Below, piece after piece: positions 16,508-25,405 of a stretch of 64,000 bases of DNA. The notes under the pieces are model-generated. The model had not been told where the DNA came from, made no database searches, and saw only the letters and a list, made by a program, of their open reading frames with translations. Position 1 is the first letter of the stretch. Each line of letters opens with the position of its first letter. This DNA comes from an uncultured Rhizobium sp. (GTDB lineage: Bacteria > Pseudomonadota > Alphaproteobacteria > Rickettsiales > UBA1997): the NCBI GenBank assembly GCA_964506725.1, contig CAZDLU010000002.1, forward strand, positions 44,538 through 108,537, in the 5' to 3' direction. The translations under genes and the position numbers were made by a program.

Positions 16508-19500
16508 GAAATTATTTCAACAAATTCTCCTTCTTTTACCAATTCAATTTCTTCAGCATTACAAACATTTTTTAAATCTTCGCCAATTCTGGTTAAATCA
16601 ATTTCGGAATTAACCTTAATTTTTTTCACAATAGTTTTCATCGAAATATTTTTTTCCGATTTAAATTTACGCACCTCGAAAAGCACAGCCAGCGCGGCTT
16701 CGCCGATGTTGTAAGATTTCTGCTCGAATAAATAATTTTCTAATTTCGGCCAATTTCCGCGTGAATTTATTGATTTATTTTGCGCAAATTCTTCAGCAAA
16801 AATTGTTGCATAAATTTCTTCGCAGATATGCGGAATAAAAGGCGCGAAAAGTTTTAGAATTGTGTTTAAGCAAATTCTTAAAGTTAAAATTGCGCTTTGT
16901 TGTTTGGCGATAATTTCTTGTTTTTGCAACTCGCTCAACTCAACTCCCGCAAGCTTTTCCGCCGCAAGTCCGTAAGATCTAACTTTGCAAATTTCCAAAT
17001 AATTATCACAAAAATCTTTCCAGAAAAATTCTTCAATCGCTTCACGCGCACGTGCATATTCAAATTGCGCAAAACTTTCTGTAGCGCGTTTTACCGTTAA
17101 ATACAACTTCGATAAAATCCATAAGTCAGAGACTTCCGTAATGTCGTGCTTCGACAGGCTCAGCATGACATTACTGCTATTACCACTCAATTGTTTAATG
17201 TCACCCTGAGCCTGTCGAAGGGCGACATCACTCAGAGTTTCAAAATTCATCGAAGCAAATTTCGCCGCATTAAATAACTTCGTCACCAACTTCTGCCCAA
17301 TCTTAAAAACTTCCTCTGAATAAGCGGTATCCGCTCCCAAATGCGAAGTCGAAGCCCAATAACGCACAATGTCCGAGCCCTTCTCCTCAATGAGTGCAAC
17401 CGGAGTCACCACATTTCCTTTCGACTTACTCATTTTGGTTTTATCCGCCGCCAAACACCAACCTGAAATCATCAGATTTTTCCACGGAATACTAGGTTCT
17501 TCCCTCTCCTCTTGAGGGAGAGGGTTAGGGTGAGGGGTTGGTTTAGGCAAGCTGTGAAGATAAGCCTTAACAATCGTATAAAACGCCCAAGTACGAATAA
17601 TCTCGTGCGCCTGCGGCCTTAAGTCAGCAGGAAATAATTTATTATGGCGAGCGCGATCAAAGCTGATATCATTACTAATTCCTTTACTTGAAAGTTGCGG
17701 CGAAATCGACGAAGTCGCCCAGGTGTCCATGATGTCGGTTTCAGCCGTAACTTCATCACGCGAGTAACCGAGCGGCAAATCTACATTTGGATCACAGGGC
17801 AATTGCGAAACATCAGCCACTAAAATTTTTCCTTCTTCACCCACTCGCTTCGAATACCAAACCGGAAAATTCACGCCAAAAAATCTTTGGCGAGAAATAC
17901 ACCAATCCCACGATAAGCCGTCAATCCATTGTTCAATGCGCACCAACATATATTGCGGAAACCAATTACATTCCTGCGCTTTCTTTTTTAATTCCTCTTT
18001 TTTATCAAGAATTTTTATAAACCATTGCGGCACAACAAGAATCTCGATCGGCACGCCAGAACGCTCAGCACACTTCACCGCACGCGTAATTTTTTCCTGC
18101 TTAAGTAAAAGACTCGATCTTTCACCCTCCCCTTGAGGGAGGGTCGAACGCTCTGCGTTCGGGGAGGGGTCAGAAGAGTTCAAGTTTAAATAAATATCTT
18201 CCAACACCCCCGAAATATTTTTAAACACATCATTATTCCAAAATCTTAAAACTTTAAACCCAGCACTTTCCAAAAATTCCGTCCTTTTTTTATCATATTC
18301 CACAGCATCTTTTTCATTATGCTGCCCACCATCCAGCTCAATTACTAATTTCTTTTCAAAGCAAACAAAATCAACAATGTAATTTTCAATTGGTTGTTGT
18401 CTGCGGAATTTATAGCCATCTAGTTGTTTATTTTGTAGGTAATGCCATAAAAGTCCTTCGGCATTGGTTTGGTTATCTCTTAAATTTTGTGCATTTTCTA
18501 GAGTTTCTTGAGAGTAAAATCTTTTTGCTTTGAGTGTGTCTTGACCCCTCCCCGATTCGCTTACGCTCATCGACCCTCCCTCAAGGGGAGGGTGATTAGA
18601 TGGAGTGTTTTTTAAGGCTTCAATAATTATCTCCTTACCTTCCTTTAAAGTTTTTCCATTACCTTTATCATCGAATAAAATTTTGGCCTTCTCTATAAAA
18701 TTAGGAGCCATTAATTGACTATTATTCTGAGCATTGTCACAACCAATTTTAGTTATAGATTTCCAATCAAATCTACCATCCTTTCCTATAATAACACGCA
18801 GTTCTAAATCATACTTTTTCCACCATTTTATATCCGTCTCATCACCAAAAGTACAACACATCACCGCGCCCGTTCCTTTATCTAACTGCACTAAATCATC
18901 GGCAATAATTTTTACACGAACACCAAAAAGCGGCGTTACCGCAAATTTTCCCTGCAAATGTTTGTAACGTGAATCTTCCGGATGAACCATCACCGCAACG
19001 CAGGCCGGAAGTAGTTCCGGACGCGTTGTCATTATTTCAATTTTTTCTTCACTTCCTTCAACACCAAACAAAATATAATTCATGGTGCCTTCAACTTCCT
19101 TATCCACCAAATCCGCCTGCGCTAGAGCTGTGCGGTCTGAGATGTCCCAAAAAACCGGCTCGAATTTTTTTTCAACTAAACCTTTATTAAATAAATCAAC
19201 AAAAGAAGCTTGCGAAATTTTTTGTGATTCCGGAGAAATCGTTTGATATTTTTGTTCCCAATCTACAGATAAAGCGATTGAATTAAATAAAGCTTCAAAT
19301 TCTTTTTCCGCTTCATCTACTACTTCGCGACACTTGTTAACAAATGATCCGTGACCGTTTTCATGTTCGTAAACTCCGGCTTTTTTTCCGATAATTTTTT
19401 CTACCAAACGCTCAGTAGGCAAACCATTATCATCAAAGCCCATTGGATAAAAAACATCCTTACCGATCATTCTTTGAAAACGCGCCACAAAATCAGCCTG

Positions 19501-19683
19501 CGTATAAGAAAAAACGTGACCCATGTGCAGAAGTCCTGAAACTGTGGGAGGTGGCGTATCTATTACAAAAGTTTGGTCTTTCGGTAAATCATTTTTCCAA
19601 GCAAAAATCTTTTCATCCTGCCAATATTTTTGCCATTTTTTTTCGATTAGTTTTGTATCTAGTCTGTCTGGTAATTTTGTCAT
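16504..19683 (-). CDS. valS: valine--tRNA ligase (archaeal/Rickettsia type) with three in-frame repeat-derived insertions
   Basis: PPPTVSGLLHMGHVFSY (HIGH region), KMSKSKGNV (KMSKS) and TFGDETD (editing domain). 1059 aa in a single uninterrupted frame. Confidence 0.93.
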   Translation of the reverse strand: MTKLPDRLDTKLIEKKWQKYWQDEKIFAWKNDLPKDQTFVIDTPPPTVSGLLHMGHVFSYTQADFVARFQRMIGKDVFYPMGFDDNGLPTERLVEKIIGKKAGVYEHENGHGSFVNKCREVVDEAEKEFEALFNSIALSVDWEQKYQTISPESQKISQASFVDLFNKGLVEKKFEPVFWDISDRTALAQADLVDKEVEGTMNYILFGVEGSEEKIEIMTTRPELLPACVAVMVHPEDSRYKHLQGKFAVTPLFGVRVKIIADDLVQLDKGTGAVMCCTFGDETDIKWWKKYDLELRVIIGKDGRFDWKSITKIGCDNAQNNSQLMAPNFIEKAKILFDDKGNGKTLKEGKEIIIEALKNTPSNHPPLEGGSMSVSESGRGQDTLKAKRFYSQETLENAQNLRDNQTNAEGLLWHYLQNKQLDGYKFRRQQPIENYIVDFVCFEKKLVIELDGGQHNEKDAVEYDKKRTEFLESAGFKVLRFWNNDVFKNISGVLEDIYLNLNSSDPSPNAERSTLPQGEGERSSLLLKQEKITRAVKCAERSGVPIEILVVPQWFIKILDKKEELKKKAQECNWFPQYMLVRIEQWIDGLSWDWCISRQRFFGVNFPVWYSKRVGEEGKILVADVSQLPCDPNVDLPLGYSRDEVTAETDIMDTWATSSISPQLSSKGISNDISFDRARHNKLFPADLRPQAHEIIRTWAFYTIVKAYLHSLPKPTPHPNPLPQEEREEPSIPWKNLMISGWCLAADKTKMSKSKGNVVTPVALIEEKGSDIVRYWASTSHLGADTAYSEEVFKIGQKLVTKLFNAAKFASMNFETLSDVALRQAQGDIKQLSGNSSNVMLSLSKHDITEVSDLWILSKLYLTVKRATESFAQFEYARAREAIEEFFWKDFCDNYLEICKVRSYGLAAEKLAGVELSELQKQEIIAKQQSAILTLRICLNTILKLFAPFIPHICEEIYATIFAEEFAQNKSINSRGNWPKLENYLFEQKSYNIGEAALAVLFEVRKFKSEKNISMKTIVKKIKVNSEIDLTRIGEDLKNVCNAEEIELVKEGEFVEIIS
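17141..17228. repeat. Family A palindromic element, in-frame inside valS
   Basis: atgtcgtgcttcgacaggctcagcatgacatt ... aatgtcaccctgagcctgtcgaagggcgacat. Encodes ALRQAQGDIKQLSGNSSNVMLSLSKHDI. Confidence 0.85.
17500..17538. repeat. Family B half-element, in-frame inside valS
   Basis: ttccctctcctcttgagggagagggttagggtgaggggt. Encodes PKPTPHPNPLPQEEREEPS. Matches the arms of the intergenic copies at 27655 and 56612. Confidence 0.8.
18122..18595 (-). mobile_element. DUF559 (Vsr-like PD-(D/E)xK) endonuclease cassette with terminal inverted repeats, in-frame inside valS
   Basis: The outer TIR TCACCCTCCCCTTGAGGGAGGGTCGA (18122-18147) has its exact reverse complement at 18570-18595. The inner 12-mers at 18161-18172 and 18542-18553 are also inverted. 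474 nt. Encodes LLWHYL..YKFRRQQPIENYIVDFVCFEKKLVIELDGGQH..VLRFWNNDV. Confidence 0.8.
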
Positions 19684-19703
19684 TTTTGTTTATTTTTTTT
19701 CTA

Positions 19704-19790
19704 AAAAAATCTCGTCATGCTGAGCTTGTCGAAGCATTGTGGAGCCGAACTCATGAATGCTTCGACAAGCTCAGCATGACGAGATTTTTT
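19704..19790. repeat. Family A palindromic element
   Basis: aaaaaatctcgtcatgctgagcttgtcgaagcat ... atgcttcgacaagctcagcatgacgagatttttt. It fills the gap between the bamB stop and the valS start. Confidence 0.9.
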
Positions 19791-21180
19791 ATTTCACCTC
19801 AAGCAAATCCACCACCCATTTTCCCATCGAATGCAAATAAATTTTTCCATTCACAACCACCGGACTATGATGAGTTTTGCTTTTAGTTTTATAAATTTTT
19901 TCAATTTTACCGTCAAAAGGTGATGCCATCAACACATCGCCGGCAACGCTTGAAATCACAAGCTTGTCACCCGCCATCACTACTCCCGCATAAATAATTT
20001 TCGTCTGCGGTTTTTTATCATTTTTATAATTAGGCAATTGCGAAATCCATTTTATGCCGCCGGTTTTTTTATAAACCGCGAGCAATTTATCATCATTATT
20101 AATCACATATAAAAACTCTCCCGCAGCCCAGAAATCAACGATCCCGGCAATTTCTTTTTTCCAAATATAATTACCGTTTTTAACATTAATCGCCATCATC
20201 AAACCACCATTACCAATCGCATAAATTACATCATCTTTTACCAAAGGTGTCGCATCAATATCATTCAAATAAAAATCAGAACTAGTAGCTTTACTTAAAT
20301 TCAAATCCTGTGACCACAAGGCTTCGCCGGTCTTTTTATCAACGCCGTAAATTTCACCGGAAGAATAAGTTGCAATCACCAAATTTTTATAAATTACCGG
20401 ATTGGCTGCGCCAAAAATTGCCGTTGGGCGCGTAACTCCGGCCTGCATCCAGCGCAAATTACCATTTGCCGCGTCAAGTGCGTAAAGCTTGTTATCATTA
20501 GTTGTAACATAAACCGAATTTTCATCGGCAATCGGTGCTGAAACCGGAATCGCCGAAATATCTTTTGTCCAAATTATCTCACCATTATTTGCCTTTGCCG
20601 CCACGATTCTACTGCTTCCGGCAATTGCAAAAATTTTATCATCACCACCTCCGTCATGCTGGGCTTGTCGAAGCATCGACTCATTTTTTTGCAAAAAAAT
20701 CTTCGGCGTTTGATAATTTTTTAAAAACTGACTTGGAAATAAACGCTTCTTAAAAATTCTTTTATCTTGTTTTATATCATAAGCAATTAAATGCCCGGAA
20801 GCGTTCAAAATAAAGGCTTTATCACCATCAAAAATTGGAGTAAAAACAAAACGATCATTAAAATTTCCGCTATAAAAATTCCAGGTAACAGCCGATTTTT
20901 TTAATGCAATTTCTCCGGATTTTTTATGCGAAAAATCCTTAGCAAAATTTTCAATACGCTGATTTTCATAAGCCACCGATCCGCTCCACAAGCTGTTTTC
21001 TACTTGTTTTGGTAGTTTAATTTCAACTTTGGCTAAATCTTCATCAACTTTAATTTTTTCAACAGCAGCAAAAGCCGAAACAGCTTTTGTCTTGTCATAT
21101 TTTTCATCTTCAGCACAAGAAACAAGTAAAAACACAACGGAAAATAAAACTGCGATGTCATGCTTAACCTGTCGAAACAT
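19789..21180 (-). CDS. bamB: outer membrane protein assembly factor BamB (PQQ-like beta-propeller lipoprotein)
   Basis: MFRQVKHDIAVLFSVVFLLVSC (lipobox). Repeated G.lyA.d...G...W blades such as NKLYALDAANGNLRW and GEIYGVDKKTGEALW. The start at 21180 lies inside a Family A repeat, and upstream in-frame ATGs also exist. Confidence 0.8.
   Translation of the reverse strand: MFRQVKHDIAVLFSVVFLLVSCAEDEKYDKTKAVSAFAAVEKIKVDEDLAKVEIKLPKQVENSLWSGSVAYENQRIENFAKDFSHKKSGEIALKKSAVTWNFYSGNFNDRFVFTPIFDGDKAFILNASGHLIAYDIKQDKRIFKKRLFPSQFLKNYQTPKIFLQKNESMLRQAQHDGGGDDKIFAIAGSSRIVAAKANNGEIIWTKDISAIPVSAPIADENSVYVTTNDNKLYALDAANGNLRWMQAGVTRPTAIFGAANPVIYKNLVIATYSSGEIYGVDKKTGEALWSQDLNLSKATSSDFYLNDIDATPLVKDDVIYAIGNGGLMMAINVKNGNYIWKKEIAGIVDFWAAGEFLYVINNDDKLLAVYKKTGGIKWISQLPNYKNDKKPQTKIIYAGVVMAGDKLVISSVAGDVLMASPFDGKIEKIYKTKSKTHHSPVVVNGKIYLHSMGKWVVDLLEVK
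20653..20680. repeat. Family A single hairpin unit, in-frame inside bamB
   Basis: gtcatgctgggcttgtcgaagcatcgac. Encodes ..ESMLRQAQHDGG.. within the propeller region. Confidence 0.8.
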
Positions 21181-21234
21181 GTGTTTGTACTTCGAGCTAA
21201 ACACATGCTTCGACAGGTTCAGCATGACATCGAG
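21153..21234. repeat. Family A palindromic element overlapping the bamB 5' end
   Basis: cgatgtcatgcttaacctgtcgaaacatgtgttt ... aaacacatgcttcgacaggttcagcatgacatcg. Confidence 0.85.
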
Positions 21235-21253
21235 TTTCTGTAACATAAATTTT

Positions 21254-21961
21254 TTATTTTTTTTCGTCAGCATTATCAACCTTATACCCCCTAGAAACCA
21301 CAATCTTCATGCCATCTTCTGCTCGCGACTTTAAATCCGGTGAAGCTTTTTTATCTTGAGCAATTTTTGTAAAAATTTCATAAGCATCTTTTAAATTTTC
21401 ATTTTGCAAAGCTAATGTCGCGCGTTGCTCGGCAATATAATTTTTTAATAAGCCACTATGCTTTTCAATTTTCAAAAGGCGTTCCGGTAAATCCTTATCT
21501 GCAGCATTTTCCGCCACCAAAATTCTAGCTAAAAGCAATCCTGATAAATCACGCACATATTCATTGCAAAGCCCGCAATCATTGACTTCTTGGTAAATTT
21601 TTAAAGCCTCATCTTTTTTTCCTTCACCTAAAATTATCGAAGCATATCGCAGGGAAGCGATAGACTTCACTCCCAGTGGCGCTGTCGCCGCACCAATAAT
21701 ATTTTTTAATTCTTCTTTAGCCTTTTCTTTTTCTCCGATTTGCTCATTAAAAATCGATTTATATAAAATAACCGAAAATTCTTCTTGTTTGTATTTTTGA
21801 TAAATATTGAAAACAAAATATCCTACTAGCCCAACAACTACAATAATCGCCAAGGTAGTAATATTTTTTCTTCTTTTACGAAAAAAACTTTTTAAAATAT
21901 CAAAACGCGCTTGCGATCTGGCTTGGTTGATAAGATTTAACATTTCATTATTATCGGTCAT
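21254..21961 (-). CDS. YfgM-like membrane-anchored TPR protein
   Basis: N-terminal basic segment plus one TM ([19 protein letters not shown]), then TPR-like helices. Position upstream of bamB matches the yfgM-bamB arrangement. Confidence 0.6.
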   Translation of the reverse strand: MTDNNEMLNLINQARSQARFDILKSFFRKRRKNITTLAIIVVVGLVGYFVFNIYQKYKQEEFSVILYKSIFNEQIGEKEKAKEELKNIIGAATAPLGVKSIASLRYASIILGEGKKDEALKIYQEVNDCGLCNEYVRDLSGLLLARILVAENAADKDLPERLLKIEKHSGLLKNYIAEQRATLALQNENLKDAYEIFTKIAQDKKASPDLKSRAEDGMKIVVSRGYKVDNADEKK

Positions 21962-22826
21962 AAATTTTCAAAAAACAGTTTAGAGTATTTTTTAGCAAAT
22001 AAGCAATTGTCATCGGCCCTACTCCGCCAGGAACCGGTGTAATTGCTGAAGCCACTTCTTTAACATTTTCAAAATCAACATCACCCACCAATTTGGTCTT
22101 ACCGTCACTGGTTGCAACCCTGTTAATTCCTACATCAATTACGATTGCGCCTTTTTTTACCATGTCGGATTTTACAAGTCCAGCAACTCCGGTTGCAGAA
22201 ATTATAATATCAGCTTGCAAACACTCCGCTCTAAGGTCGCGAGTTTTACTGTTAGCAATTGTAACCGTGCATTTTTCATTGATTAAAAGTTTTGCCATCG
22301 GTTTGCCGACAATGTTAGAAGAACCTATTACTACGGCTTTTAAGCCGGCAAGATTATCTCCTTTCACCATTTTTAGCAAATGCAAACAGCCTAAGGGAGT
22401 ACATGGCACAACGGCTGAAGCATCATTGATTGAAAGTTTTCCGACATTTACAACATGAAATCCGTCAACATCCTTATGATAATCAATAGCCTCTATAACC
22501 TTTTGACTATTGAGGTGAGCCGGCAAAGGCAATTGCACTAAAATTCCATGTACTTTTTTATCATGATTTAATTCGGCAATTTTTTTAATTAAATCTTGCT
22601 CGGAAACATCAGCCGCAAGCTTGAATTCAAAGGAATTCATGCCAACCGCAAGTGCTGCTTTTCTTTTATTTGCCACATAAACTTCGCTAGCAGGATCATG
22701 TCCAACAAGCACAACCGCAAGGCCCGGAGTCATGTTAAATTTTTCCTTCATTTCCTTAACATTCTCGACGATGTCCGATTTTATTGATTCGGCAACTTCT
22801 TTGCCGTTAATTATTTTTGCTGTCAT
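21951..22826 (-). CDS. folD: bifunctional methylenetetrahydrofolate dehydrogenase/cyclohydrolase FolD
   Basis: [46 protein letters not shown] and [10 protein letters not shown]. Confidence 0.95.
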   Translation of the reverse strand: MTAKIINGKEVAESIKSDIVENVKEMKEKFNMTPGLAVVLVGHDPASEVYVANKRKAALAVGMNSFEFKLAADVSEQDLIKKIAELNHDKKVHGILVQLPLPAHLNSQKVIEAIDYHKDVDGFHVVNVGKLSINDASAVVPCTPLGCLHLLKMVKGDNLAGLKAVVIGSSNIVGKPMAKLLINEKCTVTIANSKTRDLRAECLQADIIISATGVAGLVKSDMVKKGAIVIDVGINRVATSDGKTKLVGDVDFENVKEVASAITPVPGGVGPMTIAYLLKNTLNCFLKIYDR

Positions 22827-24228
22827 TTGCTTTTTGTCTTTTCTTTAAAATATTTTGTATCGGCCTTAAGGTCAGATAGGCGTTATATGCCGGAGTTATT
22901 TTATCGCGGAATTTTTCCTGTTTTTTACGGAAAAATTTTATTTTGCTGGTTCTGGCAACGGCTTTTGCAATATCGGATTTATTAAGAGTTTTATTAATCC
23001 ATTCTACATATTTCGGATCAATGACTTCTGACAATAATTTAGCGTCAAGCTCTTCCGGTTTTACGTTGTGCAAGGCGCATAAATCAAGAATATTTTCGCG
23101 GTTAGTTTTCTTAATTTCGTCTTGCACGTAAATGCCGTTTTTCCTGAATAAATCAACTTGCCATTTTCTATCAAGCCATCTTTCTTGAGGAATATTAAGC
23201 ATGGCCAGCGCAATTTCAATATCGTTGTAAGGCGCTCTAGACTTGAATCCAAAGACATCAGGAACTTTCAAAACATAATTAAGCAACATGTTCTTCATGC
23301 GGCACGAAGAAACGATACGATAATACATTTCTTCTTTTAATTTATGCTCGTTTTTTAACCAAAATCTTTCGCGATTTTCATCATCACCTTTCAACAAACA
23401 TTGTGCGCGATCGGCTCTCAAGCCATGCGAATAAGCCAGTGCGCCAAGCTCATGCATATTATTAATTTTTGGCAAGGTAATTTCTCCAGCCCAAATGCTG
23501 CCGTTAAGCCCGCCACTTATCATCGGCAAACCATTTGGAATTCCATGTTCTTTTTTTAACTTATCGTAAAATTCCATGTGATACATGCCGTGACTATGCA
23601 CTGAAATTCCGAAAAGATCATCCCATTGATCGATAAAATTATGAAAATTCCCAAGGCGCACTTGCTCCCAGCGCATATTCATAATTTCTGCCATTCTCTT
23701 GGCATAAAGCACTTCGTAAGAATCATTTTGATCTTTGGAAACACCGAAAGTAAAAGAGCGCGCCCTTGATTTATCACTAACCAACATGGCAAGCATACGC
23801 GCGTCATAGCCGCCGCTTAGAGGCACCACAAACTCACCTTCACATTCATCTTCCCATTTTTTTACGGCTTCTCTTGTGATTTCAACAACATCATCTTCTT
23901 TATAAACCTTGCCGAAATACTTATCGACCGGATCTTCTTTTTCAGTTTCGATTGCAAAACTATTGTCTGAATATTGGATGAATTTGGAAGAGCAATCAAG
24001 AAAACGCACATCTTTTAACATGGTCTGGCCAAAAACCGAATAGCCGAATTCCAAATAATTCTTTAAACCTTCGGCGTGAAATTCAAAATTAGCAAAATCA
24101 ATTACATCATTAACATTTTCACTAACCTTGCCGCTCTTGGCGTTGTAGAATACAGGACGAGAATTAAGCCAATCGGTTTGATAGATTTTTTTTATCTCTT
24201 TCATTTTATAATTGAAAATATTTGTCAA
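22807..24228 (-). CDS. asparagine synthase-like adenylating enzyme lacking the glutaminase domain
   Basis: PP-loop-like [14 protein letters not shown]. There is no N-terminal Cys nucleophile. Overlaps both neighbouring genes by about 20 nt. Confidence 0.55.
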   Translation of the reverse strand: MTNIFNYKMKEIKKIYQTDWLNSRPVFYNAKSGKVSENVNDVIDFANFEFHAEGLKNYLEFGYSVFGQTMLKDVRFLDCSSKFIQYSDNSFAIETEKEDPVDKYFGKVYKEDDVVEITREAVKKWEDECEGEFVVPLSGGYDARMLAMLVSDKSRARSFTFGVSKDQNDSYEVLYAKRMAEIMNMRWEQVRLGNFHNFIDQWDDLFGISVHSHGMYHMEFYDKLKKEHGIPNGLPMISGGLNGSIWAGEITLPKINNMHELGALAYSHGLRADRAQCLLKGDDENRERFWLKNEHKLKEEMYYRIVSSCRMKNMLLNYVLKVPDVFGFKSRAPYNDIEIALAMLNIPQERWLDRKWQVDLFRKNGIYVQDEIKKTNRENILDLCALHNVKPEELDAKLLSEVIDPKYVEWINKTLNKSDIAKAVARTSKIKFFRKKQEKFRDKITPAYNAYLTLRPIQNILKKRQKANDSKNN

Positions 24229-25405
24229 CTAATGCTTTCGCTTCATTATCTCTTATATCCGTAATTTCGCCACATAAAATTCCCAAAACAGTTTCCAGTA
24301 AATTTTTATGAGAATCACAGGAAAAAAAGTGATATAACACCGCTAAATCACCAATTCTTTTCTCATAGCGAAGCCTTGCTATCATTAGCTTTATCGCCAA
24401 TTCAAATCTTTTATGAAAAGCTAATTTATTAAGATTTTTGCCAAATAATCTTTGCTTATAATAGCCTTCAAAAAATCTTAGGCAATAATCCTGCCAAATT
24501 TTTTGCAATTGCTTTTCATTATGCAGCGGAGCGTTGCAATCATTGCGATATTCGGCAATTTCATTTTCCGGCTTTTTCTTTAAGTGAAGAATATTTTCTT
24601 GCGAAGAAAGCTCAAGTGCCATCACTTCGCAATCAAAAGAATTATCTGGTCTAAGGTCAACGCTTACTTTCCAAGACCATAAAGTATTTTTATATTCGAG
24701 CCAATTTTTCGGATTAACCAAAAAATTACCAAGTCCATAAAAAATAAAACCGTTTTCATATTTTTCATAGCCTTGCGGCACGTGAGAATGATGCCCGTGA
24801 ATAATGTTCGCACCCGCGTCAATATAGGATCGAAATTGTTTTTGCAATTCCGGATAAGGCCATAAATTCATCTCTTGCGAAGCATGAATTGATAAAATAA
24901 CCAAATCGGAATTTTCCTTAGCCAATTTAATTTTTTTGTAAACTGAACTATCGGCAAAATTCACACCCGACCTTTCATTTTGCGATATGCCGAATTGTTT
25001 TTCACAAAAACAAATTACGGCAATTTTTTTACCGTTTAATTCAATTATTTTATAATCAAAATTATTATTTTTGGAAATTCCGTCGAATTCTATTTTATTT
25101 TTTTCAAGTGCCACAATGCTGTCATTTAGGCCGTCCGCGCCATAATCCATTATGTGATTATTTGCCAGCGACAAAAATAATTTATGGTTTTTTATAGCAT
25201 TTAAAAATTTCTCAAAATCTTTTACGTCACCCTTAATGCTTGGTCCGGCCTTGTTTGCTTTATTGCCCGAATAAGTCAGCGGAAATTCTAAATTGCCTAA
25301 TATTAAATCATCTTGAGAAAAAATTGTCGGCGCGATTGCCAGCTCTTTTTCGAAATTACAGCATATGTCTCCAACCAGGGCAATTCTCATTTGTTTAAAT
25401 ACCAA
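24206..25405 (-). CDS. CapA-family (PGA_cap) metallophosphoesterase-like protein
   Basis: GDICC, LGNLEFPLT, LANNHIMDYG and IIHGHHSHVPQG. Confidence 0.7.
   Translation of the reverse strand: MVFKQMRIALVGDICCNFEKELAIAPTIFSQDDLILGNLEFPLTYSGNKANKAGPSIKGDVKDFEKFLNAIKNHKLFLSLANNHIMDYGADGLNDSIVALEKNKIEFDGISKNNNFDYKIIELNGKKIAVICFCEKQFGISQNERSGVNFADSSVYKKIKLAKENSDLVILSIHASQEMNLWPYPELQKQFRSYIDAGANIIHGHHSHVPQGYEKYENGFIFYGLGNFLVNPKNWLEYKNTLWSWKVSVDLRPDNSFDCEVMALELSSQENILHLKKKPENEIAEYRNDCNAPLHNEKQLQKIWQDYCLRFFEGYYKQRLFGKNLNKLAFHKRFELAIKLMIARLRYEKRIGDLAVLYHFFSCDSHKNLLETVLGILCGEITDIRDNEAKALVDKYFQL

Noticed and set aside
16504-19683. valS as a pseudogene, a fusion of two genes, or an intein-containing gene.
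   Set aside because: It is a single uninterrupted 1059-codon frame. HIGH, editing and KMSKS motifs are in the normal order on both sides of the inserts. No intein block motifs are visible (N-terminal Cys/Ser with a C-terminal His-Asn-Cys/Ser/Thr).
19443-19886. A 147-aa plus-strand ORF spanning the valS start, a Family A repeat and the bamB end.
   Set aside because: It runs antisense to two strong genes and through a palindromic repeat. Its translation has no protein-like features.
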